Shown here piece after piece: positions 1 to 13,825 of a DNA stretch of 64,000 bases. This DNA comes from Octopus vulgaris (lineage: Eukaryota), in assembly GCA_951406725.2 (NCBI GenBank), contig OX597843.1, forward strand, positions 868,001 to 932,000. The letters run 5' to 3'. A model generated the notes under the pieces. It ran no database searches, was not told the DNA's origin, and saw nothing but the letters and a program-made list of their open reading frames with translations. The translations under genes were made by a program, and so were the position numbers. The stretch's first letter is position 1, and every line of letters begins with the position of its first letter.

Positions 1-1475
<1,475 letters not shown>

Positions 1476-1692
1476 TATTCAGAAAATCATAAATCTGAAA
1501 GAGAAGCCGACTCTAATTTATAGGGGAGTATAATGTATAGGAAACGACAGTTATGGTTGTTCTATATATACCCTATGTTTCATGTCCATAAAGCGCTAGT
1601 TTTACAGCCTATTTCAAACACGTATAAATATATATATGTTTAAATATATATCATATATATAGAAGCCATATGGATTTTAAGGTCTGAAGAAA

Positions 1693-1732
<40 letters not shown>

Positions 1733-1736
1733 ATAT

Positions 1737-1776
<40 letters not shown>

Positions 1777-1844
1777 TATATATATATATATATATTTCTT
1801 CCTCTCCTTGGGGAGTTAATGTCTCCTTGTTTTTTTTCTGTGTA

Positions 1845-1881
1845 TCTTTCTGTCGAAGAGCGTAGGCTCGAAACGTAAAGA
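1845..1881 (+). ncRNA. Minimal type-I hammerhead ribozyme-like motif, copy 1 of a tandem pair (variant core CUGUCGA)
   Basis: tcttt-CTGTCGA-a-gagc(gtag)gctc-GAAA-cg-TA-aaga: stem I, core, stem II, GAAA, palindromic ACGT stem III and a UA cleavage site. Confidence 0.6.
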
Positions 1882-1983
1882 CTTGTTCTATTTCTATTCC
1901 TGAGCCCATACTAATACATTGTTTGTTTGTACTCCATGCCTTCGTCTTTTGTTTATTTTCACTAAATATGTGTACATATAATA

Positions 1984-2014
<31 letters not shown>

Positions 2015-2044
2015 TTTCTTTGTCTCCTTGTTTTTTTCTGTGTA

Positions 2045-2082
2045 TCTTTCTGTCGAAGAGCGTAGGCTTGAAACGTAAAAGA
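2045..2082 (+). ncRNA. Minimal hammerhead-like motif, copy 2 (exactly 200 nt downstream of copy 1)
   Basis: tcttt-CTGTCGA-a-gagc(gtag)gctt-GAAA-cg-TA-aaaga; 5-bp stem I tcttt/aaaga. Confidence 0.6.
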
Positions 2083-2245
2083 CTTGTTCTATTTCTATTC
2101 CTGAGCGCCATACAAATACATTTATTTGTTTGTACTCCACCTGCCTTCGTCTTTTGTTTATTTTCGTAATGTATATAAATATACACACACACACACATAT
2201 ATATATATGTATATATGTATATATACAAGTATGTATATAGGTATG

Positions 2246-2301
<56 letters not shown>

Positions 2302-2385
2302 GTATGTCATATTTTCCATTTGTCCTTTTATTTAATTCTGAAAATATTATTCATGCACTACACACACACTCATTAATTTTTTCCT

Positions 2386-2421
<36 letters not shown>

Positions 2422-2583
2422 GTGTGTGTGATTGTGTATAGAAGAATATATTAATAAAAGGAATTCCAACCTTGTCTGATTTTCACGTTTTATTTACAAT
2501 CTTATAATGATATATTATAAGATAATATATTATAATTGAATAAAATAAAATGAAATAGTAGAATGTTAAATGTTCATTCTGAT

Positions 2584-2628
2584 TGAACTAGTACTTTCAT
2601 GCATTGAATTCTGCAATCTTCGGGTTCA
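2584..2628 (-). ncRNA. Minimal type-I hammerhead ribozyme motif (core CCGAAGA)
   Basis: Minus strand reads tgaac-CCGAAGA-t-tgca(gaattcaa)tgca-t-GAAA-gtac-TA-gttca: 5-bp stem I, 4-bp stem II, palindromic GTAC. Confidence 0.7.
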
Positions 2629-3292
2629 TGTAGTAGTGTTGACAGTCATGCTTCACAATTTTTGACTGTAGCAAGATGATTGATTCTGTGCTATAAATAC
2701 AGCTGGGTAGGCTCCAGAGTGCTAGGTTTTGCAAACTGTATTCTGACCAATCAGTGTGTAGTATCACTCAATTACTTAAGCTGATTGGTTGGTTGAGGTG
2801 ATTGGTTTAGGCATCATGCTTTGTTGGACATGTCAAGAGTCCTGTATCTTGACCCTCGCCTAAGTGGCAATTGTTGGGTTATTTTTAGAAATGTTGTAAA
2901 TAACCTTTGTCAGAGATTTTTATATTTTTATATTTCAATTGTCATCATCATCATTGTCAGCACCTTAATTATTGTTGCTAGTGGTGATGGTGGTGGCAAT
3001 AGAACTTTTAACCCTAAATAAGATAATTTTCCTGCTATCTTCATCTTGATCACCTTTAGTATTGTTGTTGTTGTATATACATACACACACACTCTTTTGT
3101 ACTCTTGGCACAAAGCCCGATATTTATAGGGTAGGGGGGGTCAATTAGATCAACCTCCTTATGCAACTGATACTTAATTTATCAACCCCCAAAGGATGAA
3201 AGGTAAAGTAAATCTCAGCAGAAATTGAACGTAAACACAGATGATATACTGCTATATACACACACATATATATATATATATATACATAACTA

Positions 3293-3585
3293 TAAATTAG
3301 AGGAAAACCACTATTAAGTAATTCAAACAATGACAGACAAAGCAAATCATAAAGAAAAAAGAAAATATATTATAAAACATATAACTAGATCACAAAAAGT
3401 ACAAAAAAAAGGAATAAACAATATATAAGAAGTTATAAGTACTTAGTTTTATAATGTTTAGTCAGACTTTAATGGACGTGAAACCCTGTGATGTAGTTAT
3501 ATGTTTTATAATATATTTTATTTTTTCTTTATGATTTGGTTTATGTCTATCATTGTTTGAATTACATAATAGTAGTTTTTGTCTA

Positions 3586-3590
<5 letters not shown>
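3293..3590. repeat. Fold-back (inverted repeat) element, ~100-bp arms, in AT-repeat context
   Basis: aaattagaggaaaaccactatt...tataactagatcaca (3293-3392) is the imperfect reverse complement of tgtgatgtagttatat...tagtttttgtctaattt (3487-3590). Confidence 0.8.
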
Positions 3591-3647
<57 letters not shown>

Positions 3648-3710
3648 TGGGAAATTTGATTTAATACTAAATTGAATATTTCCTTGTAAGTTTGGAGTTG
3701 TACTCCCTAA

Positions 3711-3771
<61 letters not shown>

Positions 3772-4699
3772 GAGAGTGTGTGTATGCATGTGTATATATT
3801 AAACATCACAAAAACAGGTTCCCGTTCATCAGACAGTTTTGGTTAATGAAGCATCCTACTCTACGTCCAGTATTCGAGTACTAGTTTTTCCAACTTGTTT
3901 CACATTTATGAGCTTACTCTGGTATATATATATATATATATATATACATACATAATAAATGTGAAGACTAATTTCTGTAAGTCAGTGTGTCACACTTAGA
4001 CCCCTTTTCTCACTATTCAATGACACTCCTACAATTCCTCATGGTGGGATGAAAGTAATTGTAGGCATATAGATGGTGAGGGCAGTGGCAAAGACAAACA
4101 CAGAGAGAGAGAGAGAAAGAAAAAGAGAGGGAGAGAAAGAGAGAGACAAAGAAATTTAGGGAGAGTTGATGATGTTTTATTAAAAGTAGTAGTGTTGATG
4201 GTGGCAGTGGGAGTAATAATAAGAGGGAGAGAAAGAGTGGGTGTGCAAGAGAAAGAGGGAAATGATGTACAACTTTGTTTAACTATGTCTCTTTGACAGA
4301 AATTCCGGTCACCAACATACTGAACCCTATCATTTTTGTTTTATTTTTTGCTTTCTTTAACACACACACACACACACACACACACTCATATAAAATACAC
4401 TTTTATTGAAATAAAGTTTTTCCAAAATTAAATACCTATATCTTCTATTCTATCTATCTATAATAATAAATGCCAAAACGTATTCCTGTGTGTCAGTGTG
4501 TCACACTTTAACCTCCCTCTCTCACTCTTCAGTGACACTTCTACTATTATTAGGCATAAAGATGGTGAGGGTGGTAGTAGATTAATGGTTGTGATGGTAA
4601 CAGAGTGTTACTAATAGTATGAGCTGTATTTGTAATAGAGGCCAAGGTGACGGTGATGGTGGTGGTAGCCGAGGTGGTCAAGGATGATGGTGATAGTAA

Positions 4700-5034
4700 A
4701 TGGTCCCTTTTGTCAAACTACTAAGTCACGGGGATGTAAACACACCAACATCAGCTGGGGAGACAAACAGACACACACAAGTATATATATATATATATAT
4801 ATATATATCATCATCATCTTCATCATCATCATCGTTTAACGTTCGACCGGGGTCTGGGAAGCCAGGAGGCTGCACCAGGCTCCAGGCTTCTTTCAGTTTC
4901 CGTCAACCAAATCCACTCACAAGGCTTTGGTTGGCCCGGGGCTATAGTAGAAGACTAACCCAAGGTGCCATGCAGTGGGACTGAACCTGGAACCATGTAG
5001 TTGGGAAGCAAGCTTCTTACCACACAGCCACTCC
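4700..5034 (-). mobile_element. tRNA-derived SINE family A, chimeric with a short RTE 3'-tail fragment (4808-4890)
   Basis: Matches the family-A consensus seen in many copies in the window; internal catcatcgtttaacgttcgaccggggtctgggaagcc is the RTE 3' end. Confidence 0.8.
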
Positions 5035-6728
5035 AAAAATACATAGTGTGTATGTATGTAGGAGTGTGTGTGTTCATATAATTTCACTATGCTAGCATGG
5101 ACTGGATAGATATCTTATTTGAGGCTTTACTCTACGGCTAACCCAAACCCGTCCTTCTTTTCCACATAACATGTCTGTTATTCCACAGAGCGTAGAGGGT
5201 GTCGAGTGAGTCTGGTGATTTACTGGCAGGAGAAGTGCCAATATCAACACTACTCAAATGTTAGCTTCCATGTCAGTAAGCCGATGTGAACTAACATACA
5301 AATACACACACATATACATGTGTCTATGTATTTATGTATGTATGTGTGTATCTCATTATTCAGTTTATTTCAAGATTTCTTGCCAATAGAAAAAGAACCG
5401 GTTTCTAACCTAGATCCGGGGGTTCTTTCATTGGAATTTCAGTGTCAACAACGGAGTATTTTAGTATGTATGTATGTATGTATGGATGTATGTATGTACG
5501 TATGTATGTATGGATGGATGGATGTGTGTATTTATTTATGTATGTATGTATGTATGTATGTATGTATGTATGTATTTATGTATGTATGTATGTATTTATT
5601 TACGTATTTATGTATGTATGTATGTGTGTATTTATGTATGTATGTATGTATGTATGTATGTATTTATGTAAGTATGTATGTATGTATGGATGGATGGATG
5701 GATGCATGTATGTATGTATGTATGTATGTATGTATGTATGTATGTATGTATGTATTTATGTATATGTGTATGTGTGTATGTGTGTATGTAATGTATGTAT
5801 GTATGTATGTATGTACGTATGTATGTATGTATTTATGTATGTATGTATGGATGGATGGATAGATGTATGTATGTATTTATGTATGTATGTATGTATTATG
5901 TATGTATGTATGTATGTATGTATTTATGTATGTATGTGTGTGTATGTATGTATGTATGTATGTATTTATGTATGTATGTGTGTGTATGTATGTATGTATG
6001 TATGTATGTGTGTATGCATGTATGTATATATATATATGTGTGTGTGTGTATGTATGTATGTATGTATGTATGTGTGTATGTATGTATGTATTTATGTATG
6101 TATGTATATAAGTATGTATGTATGTATTTATGTATGTATGTATGTATGTATGTAAGTGTGTGTGTATGTATGTATGTGCAGATTTGTATGCTTCATGTAT
6201 GTACTTTTATGTATGTATTCTCATGCATATAGCTGCACATCTAGACGTGCTCATATATATTTAAATGATAAACTTATGGAAAGTTTCACAGATTTTGATA
6301 GTTCCAGTGATGGATTGGATCTGTAGTCTTCGAATCAGCTTTCTCCTTTCTGTTGAGAGTCCCAGATGGACCTACCTCACAGCAAGAGGTGCAAATGAGG
6401 GTAGTGACACCAAACTCCCTTATTCACCAAATGCCACATATTACAGGAGGCTCTCAATGATAACAGTGTAGCAAAACAGCGGTGCCCCAGCATGGCCACA
6501 GCTCTGAGCTGAAACTAAAAAATATATATATATGTATGTGTGTGTGTATGTTATCCAGAAAGCACAGTACTATATATATCCATCCTGGCTGATCTTACCA
6601 ATCGGTTTCATGCAAGGAATACAACAGAGTGTTAGGTAACAATCCGATTATATAACCTTACACTCATCAGAGATTAGCCAATATGAAAGTGAATATGATA
6701 ATTCACACATATGTGTGTGTGTAGACAT

Positions 6729-6804
6729 ACTCCACTGAGGATTCGAGGATATTTATGTAAGTAAAATTACATCATTTATTAACGATGAAACAATTGTATA
6801 GAGT
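6729..6804 (+). ncRNA. Type-I hammerhead motif with extended stem II
   Basis: actcca-CTGAGGA-ttcg...atgtaa(gtaaaa)ttacat...cgat-GAAA-caattg-TA-tagagt; canonical core, palindromic CAATTG, one stem I mismatch. The host element runs to the (TA)n at about 6960. Confidence 0.65.
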
Positions 6805-6956
6805 TAATCTATATTTTCGTTATTTTTCATTTGTCCTGCTCGCTTACATTCTTGGTGTGTTGAATTATTTCTTGAGAACAATTCTTAGTGGTGGAGTCCC
6901 TTTGTGGATCTATCTCTAGCGTAAGAGCGTCCACATAGTGGATTCTCTCTTATAGT

Positions 6957-7024
<68 letters not shown>

Positions 7025-7221
7025 GACTTCCTTCAGTCACGAATGACCATGGAATTGCACCTAGAAAGTTACCCTCCAAGGTACAAGTCTGGGCAAGGTT
7101 ATCTATGGAAGACCAGCAGTCACCCACGCATACCAGCCTCCCCTCTGCATGCCACCGATGTTATCCAAGGGAAAGGCAAAGGGGCCGATACAGCTTGGCA
7201 CCAGTGACGTCGCAGCTCATT
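7025..7221 (-). mobile_element. Interspersed retroposon fragment (family E); second copy at 18050-18205
   Basis: gaatgaccatgg(a/g)attgcacctagaaagt...tatggaagaccagcag...cataccagcc shared by two dispersed copies. Confidence 0.75.
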
Positions 7222-7548
7222 TATTAACGTGCAAGTGGCTGAGCACTCCACAGACACGTCTACCTTTAACGTAGTTCTTGGGGAGATTCAGTGTGACACA
7301 GAGTGTGACACAGAGTGTGACAAGGCTGGCCCCTTCGAAATACAGGTACAACAGGAAACAGGAAGAAAAAGTGAGAGAAAGTTGTGGTGAAAGAGTACAG
7401 CAGGGTTCAACACCACCCTCTGCTGGAACCTCGTGGAGCTTTATGTGTTTTCGCTCAATAAACACTCACAATGCCCAGTCTGAGAATCGAAACCGTGATC
7501 CTCTGACCGCGAGTCCGCTACCCAAACCACTGGGCCATTGCGCCTCCA
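7222..7548 (-). mobile_element. tRNA-derived SINE family D
   Basis: Minus-strand head ggaggcgcaaTGGCCCAGTGG (A box)...GGTTTCGATTC (B-box-like); second copy at 47512-47904. Confidence 0.85.
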
Positions 7549-7573
7549 CGTATACATAGATATATATCTATAT

Positions 7574-7752
7574 CAGTGGTTTTCAACCAGGGTTCCGCAA
7601 GAAGTTACAAAACTGCTAAAATCGGCAGTAATTTTTAATTCTCCTGTGCAGATATGTGTGCATAACACTATTAAATTATTGCACAGGGGTTCCTCAAGCC
7701 AGTGGAATGTTTCCTTGGGGTTCCGCTCCAGCAAAAAGGTTGAAAAGCACTG
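7574..7752. mobile_element. hAT (Charlie-like) MITE
   Basis: TIRs CAGTGGTTTTCAACC / GGTTGAAAAGCACTG; 8-bp flanks atctatat / atatatat (7/8 match, TSD-like). Confidence 0.85.
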
Positions 7753-7807
7753 ATATATATATATATATATATATATATTCATATATATATATATGCAAAT
7801 AGATATA

Positions 7808-7846
<39 letters not shown>

Positions 7847-8039
7847 GGGGAAGTGTAGTTATGTATGCATGTGTGTGTAGAGGAGATGTAGGCATGCATG
7901 CAAGTGTGTGTCTGTCTGTGTGTGATTAAGTAGGTGTATATAAACACAATTAGTCATGTTCGTTTCAAACAGATTGTCAATAAAAAATGTAGAATGTAAT
8001 CACGAGCAATCACAACGACAACACCAACAGCAAAGTAAT

Positions 8040-8294
8040 AATGATGGTGGTGGGAGGCTGACCACTATGATAAATGTTTTGGTGGTGGTGGTGGTGGTGG
8101 TATGGATGTTCATAATGTTGAATTGAATATGATGGTGATGCTGGTGACGATGATGATGGCGATGGTGGTGGTAGTGATAATGGGGGTGGTGATGATGATG
8201 ATCATGATGATGATGATCATGATGATGATGATCATGATGATGATCATGATGATGATGATGATGGTGGTGATGGTGGTGGTGGTGGTGGTGGTGG

Positions 8295-8340
<46 letters not shown>

Positions 8341-8388
8341 CGATGCTGATGATGATGATGATTATGATGATGATGATGGTGATGATGG

Positions 8389-8419
<31 letters not shown>

Positions 8420-8578
8420 GGTTGCAGCGGTGGCGGTGGTGTTGGTGGTGATGATGATGATGATGATAATGCAGCAGATGAAAATATATTGAACTCTTTC
8501 CAAAAAGAGCAATGGAAAAAAAACAACAGCCATAATTGTTCCTAGCATAATAATAATAATAATAACAACAATAATAAC

Positions 8579-8638
<60 letters not shown>

Positions 8639-8771
8639 CATGATGATGATGATGATGATAATAAAAATAATAATAATAATAATGATGATGATGATGATGA
8701 TGATGATAATAAAAATAATAATAATAATAACAATAACAATAATAATCATGATGATGATGATGATGATGATA

Positions 8772-8803
<32 letters not shown>

Positions 8804-9000
8804 AATAATAATAATGATGATGATGATGATGATGATGATAAAAATAATAATAATAATAATAACAATAATAATAATGATGATGATGATGATGATGAAAATA
8901 ATAATAATAATGATGATGATGATGATGAAAATAATAATAATAATGATGATGATGATGATGATGATAATAATAAAGTAATAATATCATACGTGATGATGAG
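8040..9000. repeat. Compound trinucleotide block (GAT/GGT/AAT)n
   Basis: Visible; similar blocks at 13990-14760, 39900-40275 and 57590-58140. Confidence 0.95.
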
Positions 9001-9329
9001 GAGGAAGTGGAGGCAGAAGAAAATGAAGAAATTCTGGGGTTTTTTTTGAAGTTATGATAATGATTTTATTTTTTTATATCATTCAGCATCATACATTTTC
9101 TTTTTTACAATATAAGTAGAATGATAACTGAAAGATCTAACATATTGCTATGTGTGTGTATATATATATATATATGTATGTATGTGTGTATGTGCGGGTA
9201 TATATATATATATATATATAAGGTACTAAAAGAGAATGACTCTCCTAAGACATAACAGTCATCATCATCATCATCATCATCATTGTTTAACGTCCGCATA
9301 TATATACATATATATACATTATATATATC

Positions 9330-9533
9330 CAGCCTCGTCTGGCACCTGTGTCGGTATATAAAATCACCCACTACACTCTCGGAGTGGTTGGCGTTATAAG
9401 GGCATCCAGCTGTAGAAACACTGCCATATCTGACTGGCCTGGTGCAGCCTTCGGGCTTGCCAGACCCCAGTTGAACGTCCAACCCATGCTAGCATGGAAA
9501 GCGGACGTTAAACGATGATGATGATGATGATGA

Positions 9534-9535
<2 letters not shown>
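9330..9535 (+). mobile_element. RTE LINE 3'-UTR fragment (family C) ending in (GAT)n
   Basis: ggagtggttggcgtt..gggcatccagctgtagaaac...catgctagcatggaaagcggacgttaaacgatgatgat, matching the 3' end of the LINE at 43460-45655. Confidence 0.9.
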
Positions 9536-9595
<60 letters not shown>

Positions 9596-9621
9596 GTATA
9601 TATATGTAGTTGTGTGTATGT

Positions 9622-9656
<35 letters not shown>

Positions 9657-9758
9657 ACACACATATGTATATACATACATACATGCATACATATATACAT
9701 ATATACATACATATGTATATGTTGTCATATATATATACATATGTATATGTGTATATAT

Positions 9759-9803
<45 letters not shown>

Positions 9804-9897
9804 CACATATACATACATATACATATATATATATATACACAAATGCACACACACTCACACACAAATATATATATGCATATATGTATATGTGTATATT

Positions 9898-9937
<40 letters not shown>

Positions 9938-9974
9938 GTTAGGAATGAGAACTCAGGTTCGAAATTTCCTCAAG

Positions 9975-10018
9975 ACACCTGATGAAGGCTGGAGGGTATA
10001 TCAGCCAAAGCGTTGTGT
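9975..10018 (+). ncRNA. Degenerate hammerhead motif in a pLTR-like repeat
   Basis: acac-CTGATGA-a-ggctg(gagggtatat)cagcc-AAAG-cg-TT-gtgt; stems I and II intact but GAAA has decayed to AAAG. Confidence 0.55.
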
Positions 10019-10449
10019 TAACAACAAACAAGATGAGGACAAATATCTGTCGAATGTAAATAATGTAAACAACGTAACACGGGATAATGTCTGATAACAT
10101 AATATTCATAGTGTGTGTGTGGGGGGGCAACCGTTTCTCGTTAGAATGTATTCTGCAGGAAGCAAAGGCAGCAGGAAACGATGGTGCAAACAGTGCGATG
10201 TGCGATATTCAAACATAAATGTGGTTATCTAAACAAATAAATTGAATAATGAGTGGGTTTTCTCTGTAGAAAATTAAGCTCACATAACAAGCTGAAACTT
10301 GACAAAACAGGCTATGTACATATAGAACTGACTGGGAGCCTATTTCCTCAGTCGGTCGAAATTCAAACAACAGATCACAAGCGCACTTTGCTCGCGTCCG
10401 AGTGCTGATAGAGTATATACAAACAATACACTAAAGCAATGTACATGAG

Positions 10450-11840
10450 AACCATCACCATCATCATCATCGTCGTCGTTGTCGTCATCGTCTTCATCAT
10501 ATCATTGTCGACATTGTCATTGCTATCAACGTTGTTATCATTATTGTCATCATCATCATCGTCGTCGTCATCATCAGTGTCATCTTCATCGTCATCGACA
10601 TCATTGTTGTCGACATCTTCATCAACATTGTTATTACTGTCATCATCATTATCATCATTATTATCATCTTCATCATCATCATCATCATCATCGTCATCAT
10701 CATCATCATTGTCATCGCCATCGTCATTGTTATCTTCATCGTAGTCATCATCATTATCATCGTTGTCATCATCATTGTCATCATCATCATTGCCATCGAA
10801 ATCATCAACATTGTAATTGCTATCATCATCATTATCATCATTATTGTCATCATCCTCATCCTCATCATCATCATCATCATCATGGTCGTCGTCATCGTCA
10901 TCGTCTTCATCATATCGTCGTTGACATTGTCATTGCTATCATCGTCATTATCATCATTATTGTCATCATCCTCATCATCATCATCGTCATCATCGTCGTC
11001 ATCGTCATCATTATTGTCATCATCGTCGTTGTCAACATTGCTATTGCTATCATCATCATCATTATCATCGTTGCCATCATTGTCATCTTCATCATTGTTG
11101 TCACTATCATTGTCATTTTTATCATCGTCATCATCATCGTCGTCATCAACATCATCGTCATCGTCATCATCATCGTCAACATTGTCATTGCTATCATCAT
11201 AATTATCATCATTATTGTCATCATCATCATCGTCGTCGTTGTTGTCATTGTCGTCGTCATTGTCATCTTCATCGCCTTTGTCATTGTCATCGTCATCATC
11301 AATGACATCATCATCATCATCATTGACATCATCATCATCAACATTGTCATTGCTATCATCATAATTATCATCATTATTGTCATCATCATCGTCGTCGTTG
11401 TTGTTGTCATCGTCGTCATTGTCATCTTCATCGTCATTGTCATCGTCATCGTCATCATCATTGTCATCATCATCATCATCATTGACATCATCATCATCAT
11501 CAACATTGTTATTGCTATCATCATCATTATCATCATTATTGTCATCATCATCATCATCATCATCGCCATTATTTAACATCTGTTTTCCATGCTAGCATAG
11601 GTTCGATGGTTTGAAAGGAGCTGGCCAGCTGAAGAGCTGCCTGGGTTCCATGTCTGTTTTGGCATGGACTCTATGGCTTAATGCCCCTTCCTAACACCAA
11701 CCACTTTGCAGAGTGTACTGGATGCTTCTATGCAACACTGGTACAGGTGCTTTTATGTTGACCCTGACATGGATGCTCTTTACATGGCACTGACATGGGT
11801 GTTTTTTTATGTGACAGCAGCACTCATGAGCCCACAAGGT
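10450..11840 (-). mobile_element. Diverged RTE 3'-UTR fragment (11565-11840) with a ~1.1-kb degenerate (GAT)n tail
   Basis: tttaacatctgttttccatgctagcat directly abuts the CAT/CGT/TGT block. Confidence 0.75.
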
Positions 11841-12370
11841 TAAGATCAGCTGAAGAGGAGAATAGGGGGCGTGCAAACTATCATTTGACAAGTACATATA
11901 CGGGTTAAAAACACCTCTATACTATTGTTTCTTCCCTCAAAATACACCTACAAATGTGTCACACACAAGACATCTGGATTTCCATTGAAATCACAGAATG
12001 AAACATTGGCATCCTGAGGATAAAAGAGGCCATCATAACTTGCAAAACCAACCCACATATTTGCCAGAGAAACAAGTTGTACACAGGTGGTTGGCTGCTA
12101 CAGCAATGCTGTCCTGTGCATGCAAAGTAATCTTTCATATATACGCACTACAGAACAGAGATGTCAGCTTACAACATTTCTCATAAAATTTCCTGACAAA
12201 TAGGTCCTGAGCGAGAAATATCAAAATTGAAGGTAAAAGTATGGATCATAAACTTATATTATTTCTTATAACCTTTAAAAGAAAATTAAACACACACACA
12301 CACATATTTACATACATACATACTTACTTATATACATACATACATAAATACATACATACATAAATACATA

Positions 12371-12418
<48 letters not shown>

Positions 12419-12525
12419 GGCTGCCCCCTCGTTATCGAGTATGGCCATTGCACAAAGCTTAACTGTTACTGGTGCTGTGATCGAATGTGACTTTTTAGCC
12501 CAGCTAAAGATCTACAATACATACA

Positions 12526-12556
<31 letters not shown>

Positions 12557-12580
12557 TTACATACATACATACATACATGG

Positions 12581-13057
12581 TGGCTGCCCCCTCGTTATCG
12601 AGTATGGCCATTGCATGAAGCTTAATCAATGCTATCATGCAATGCCTGTGCAAAAAGATTTTTTTTAAAGTGAGGAAAGGCTGTGCACTGAGTCAATCCC
12701 ACTCACTAAGCAACAGCAGCCATAATCTGAAAAGAAGAACAAGTCAATATCTTCGGTAACCACTGAGCCGCAGGTTTTAAGTCAAAGTTATCCCAGTTAC
12801 CTGAGTTACCTTCTCTTAGAAGGATGCCTTAACAAAGGCTAGGAGTCCTTCACTCCTAATGGTTTAACCGCGCGATCGGGTATTCAGTCCGATTATTTCT
12901 ATGTCCCTGCGCATGATACAGCCTTAAGACATTTATTGGAAGGCCGTTGACCCTCAAGAGTTCCTCCGCCCTTTGACGGATTTTGTTTTTCATCCCGCAG
13001 GGTGTCCAATAAACACCCTCCTCACCAAGCAAGCTTGGTGGGGTTGCTGGTTTAGTC
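12581..13057 (-). mobile_element. Non-autonomous RTE-like retroposon; extra 3'-end copy at 12418-12505
   Basis: Both copies end (minus strand) in caatggccatactcgataacgagggggcagcca followed by microsatellite; 5' part has strong hairpins (ccaccaagc/gcttggtga; agggtgt/acaccct). The RTE assignment is by recalled resemblance. Confidence 0.55.
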
Positions 13058-13079
13058 ATACATACATACATACATACAT

Positions 13080-13613
13080 ATGTACATTTCTTCCTGCTTC
13101 TGAGCCAGGCATGGCTCGAGAAGGCACAAACAACAAAAATCTGCACATCCTCTGATAACTCACGGATGGTGATCCACCGATTTCCCCTCACAACTGCATA
13201 CACATCTGCAATGTTTTTCTCAGTTCTGCTGGTCGCAGGTTTCCTAGAACGTTCATCAATATCGACAGGTTTCCAGCAATCTCGGAAACATCTGAACCAC
13301 TCATACACTTGTGTATGGCTCATACACTCCTCTCCATACACTTTCTACAACTTTGCATCGGCCTCTGAGCAGGTATCACCATGACAACTTTCTCTGTCAT
13401 GGTCAATGTAACAATACACACAATACACACGCTACACACGCTACACACCTTCCTTCCAAGCACTGCTGTAAACAGCGAAAGTGAGCTAGAACGTTAAAAC
13501 TTAGTACGCATACACAGCAGTGTTTAAGGTCAATCTGTACCAAGCGGCTTCACTCTGCAGAGTTCAGCTTCGTTACTATGGCAACAGTCCCGATTCTTAT
13601 TAATCAGACCTTG
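13080..13613 (-). mobile_element. Tc1/mariner relic (transposase N-terminal HTH fragment plus left TIR)
   Basis: ORF 12856-13341 begins YGEECMSHTQVYEWFRCFRD...DERSRKPATSRT...RWITIRELSED (mariner HTH); terminus TA-caaggtctgattaataagaatcgggactg at 13585-13615. Confidence 0.85.
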
Positions 13614-13657
13614 TATCTATCTATCTATCTATATATATATATATAATATATAATATA

Positions 13658-13740
<83 letters not shown>

Positions 13741-13747
13741 CTATCTA

Positions 13748-13825
<78 letters not shown>

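Larger units (their letters stand above)
1796..2170 (+). mobile_element. Two tandem copies (~150 bp each) of a Penelope-like pLTR-type repeat embedded in (AT)n
   Basis: Near-identical direct repeats 1821-1965 and 2022-2166 separated and flanked by (AT)n; each carries a hammerhead motif. Confidence 0.6.

Noticed and set aside
3950-4560. Helitron-like 5' ends (tctatataataataaa...gtcagtgtgtcacact, two related copies)
   Set aside because: No 3' hairpin/CTAG found, so the class cannot be assigned.
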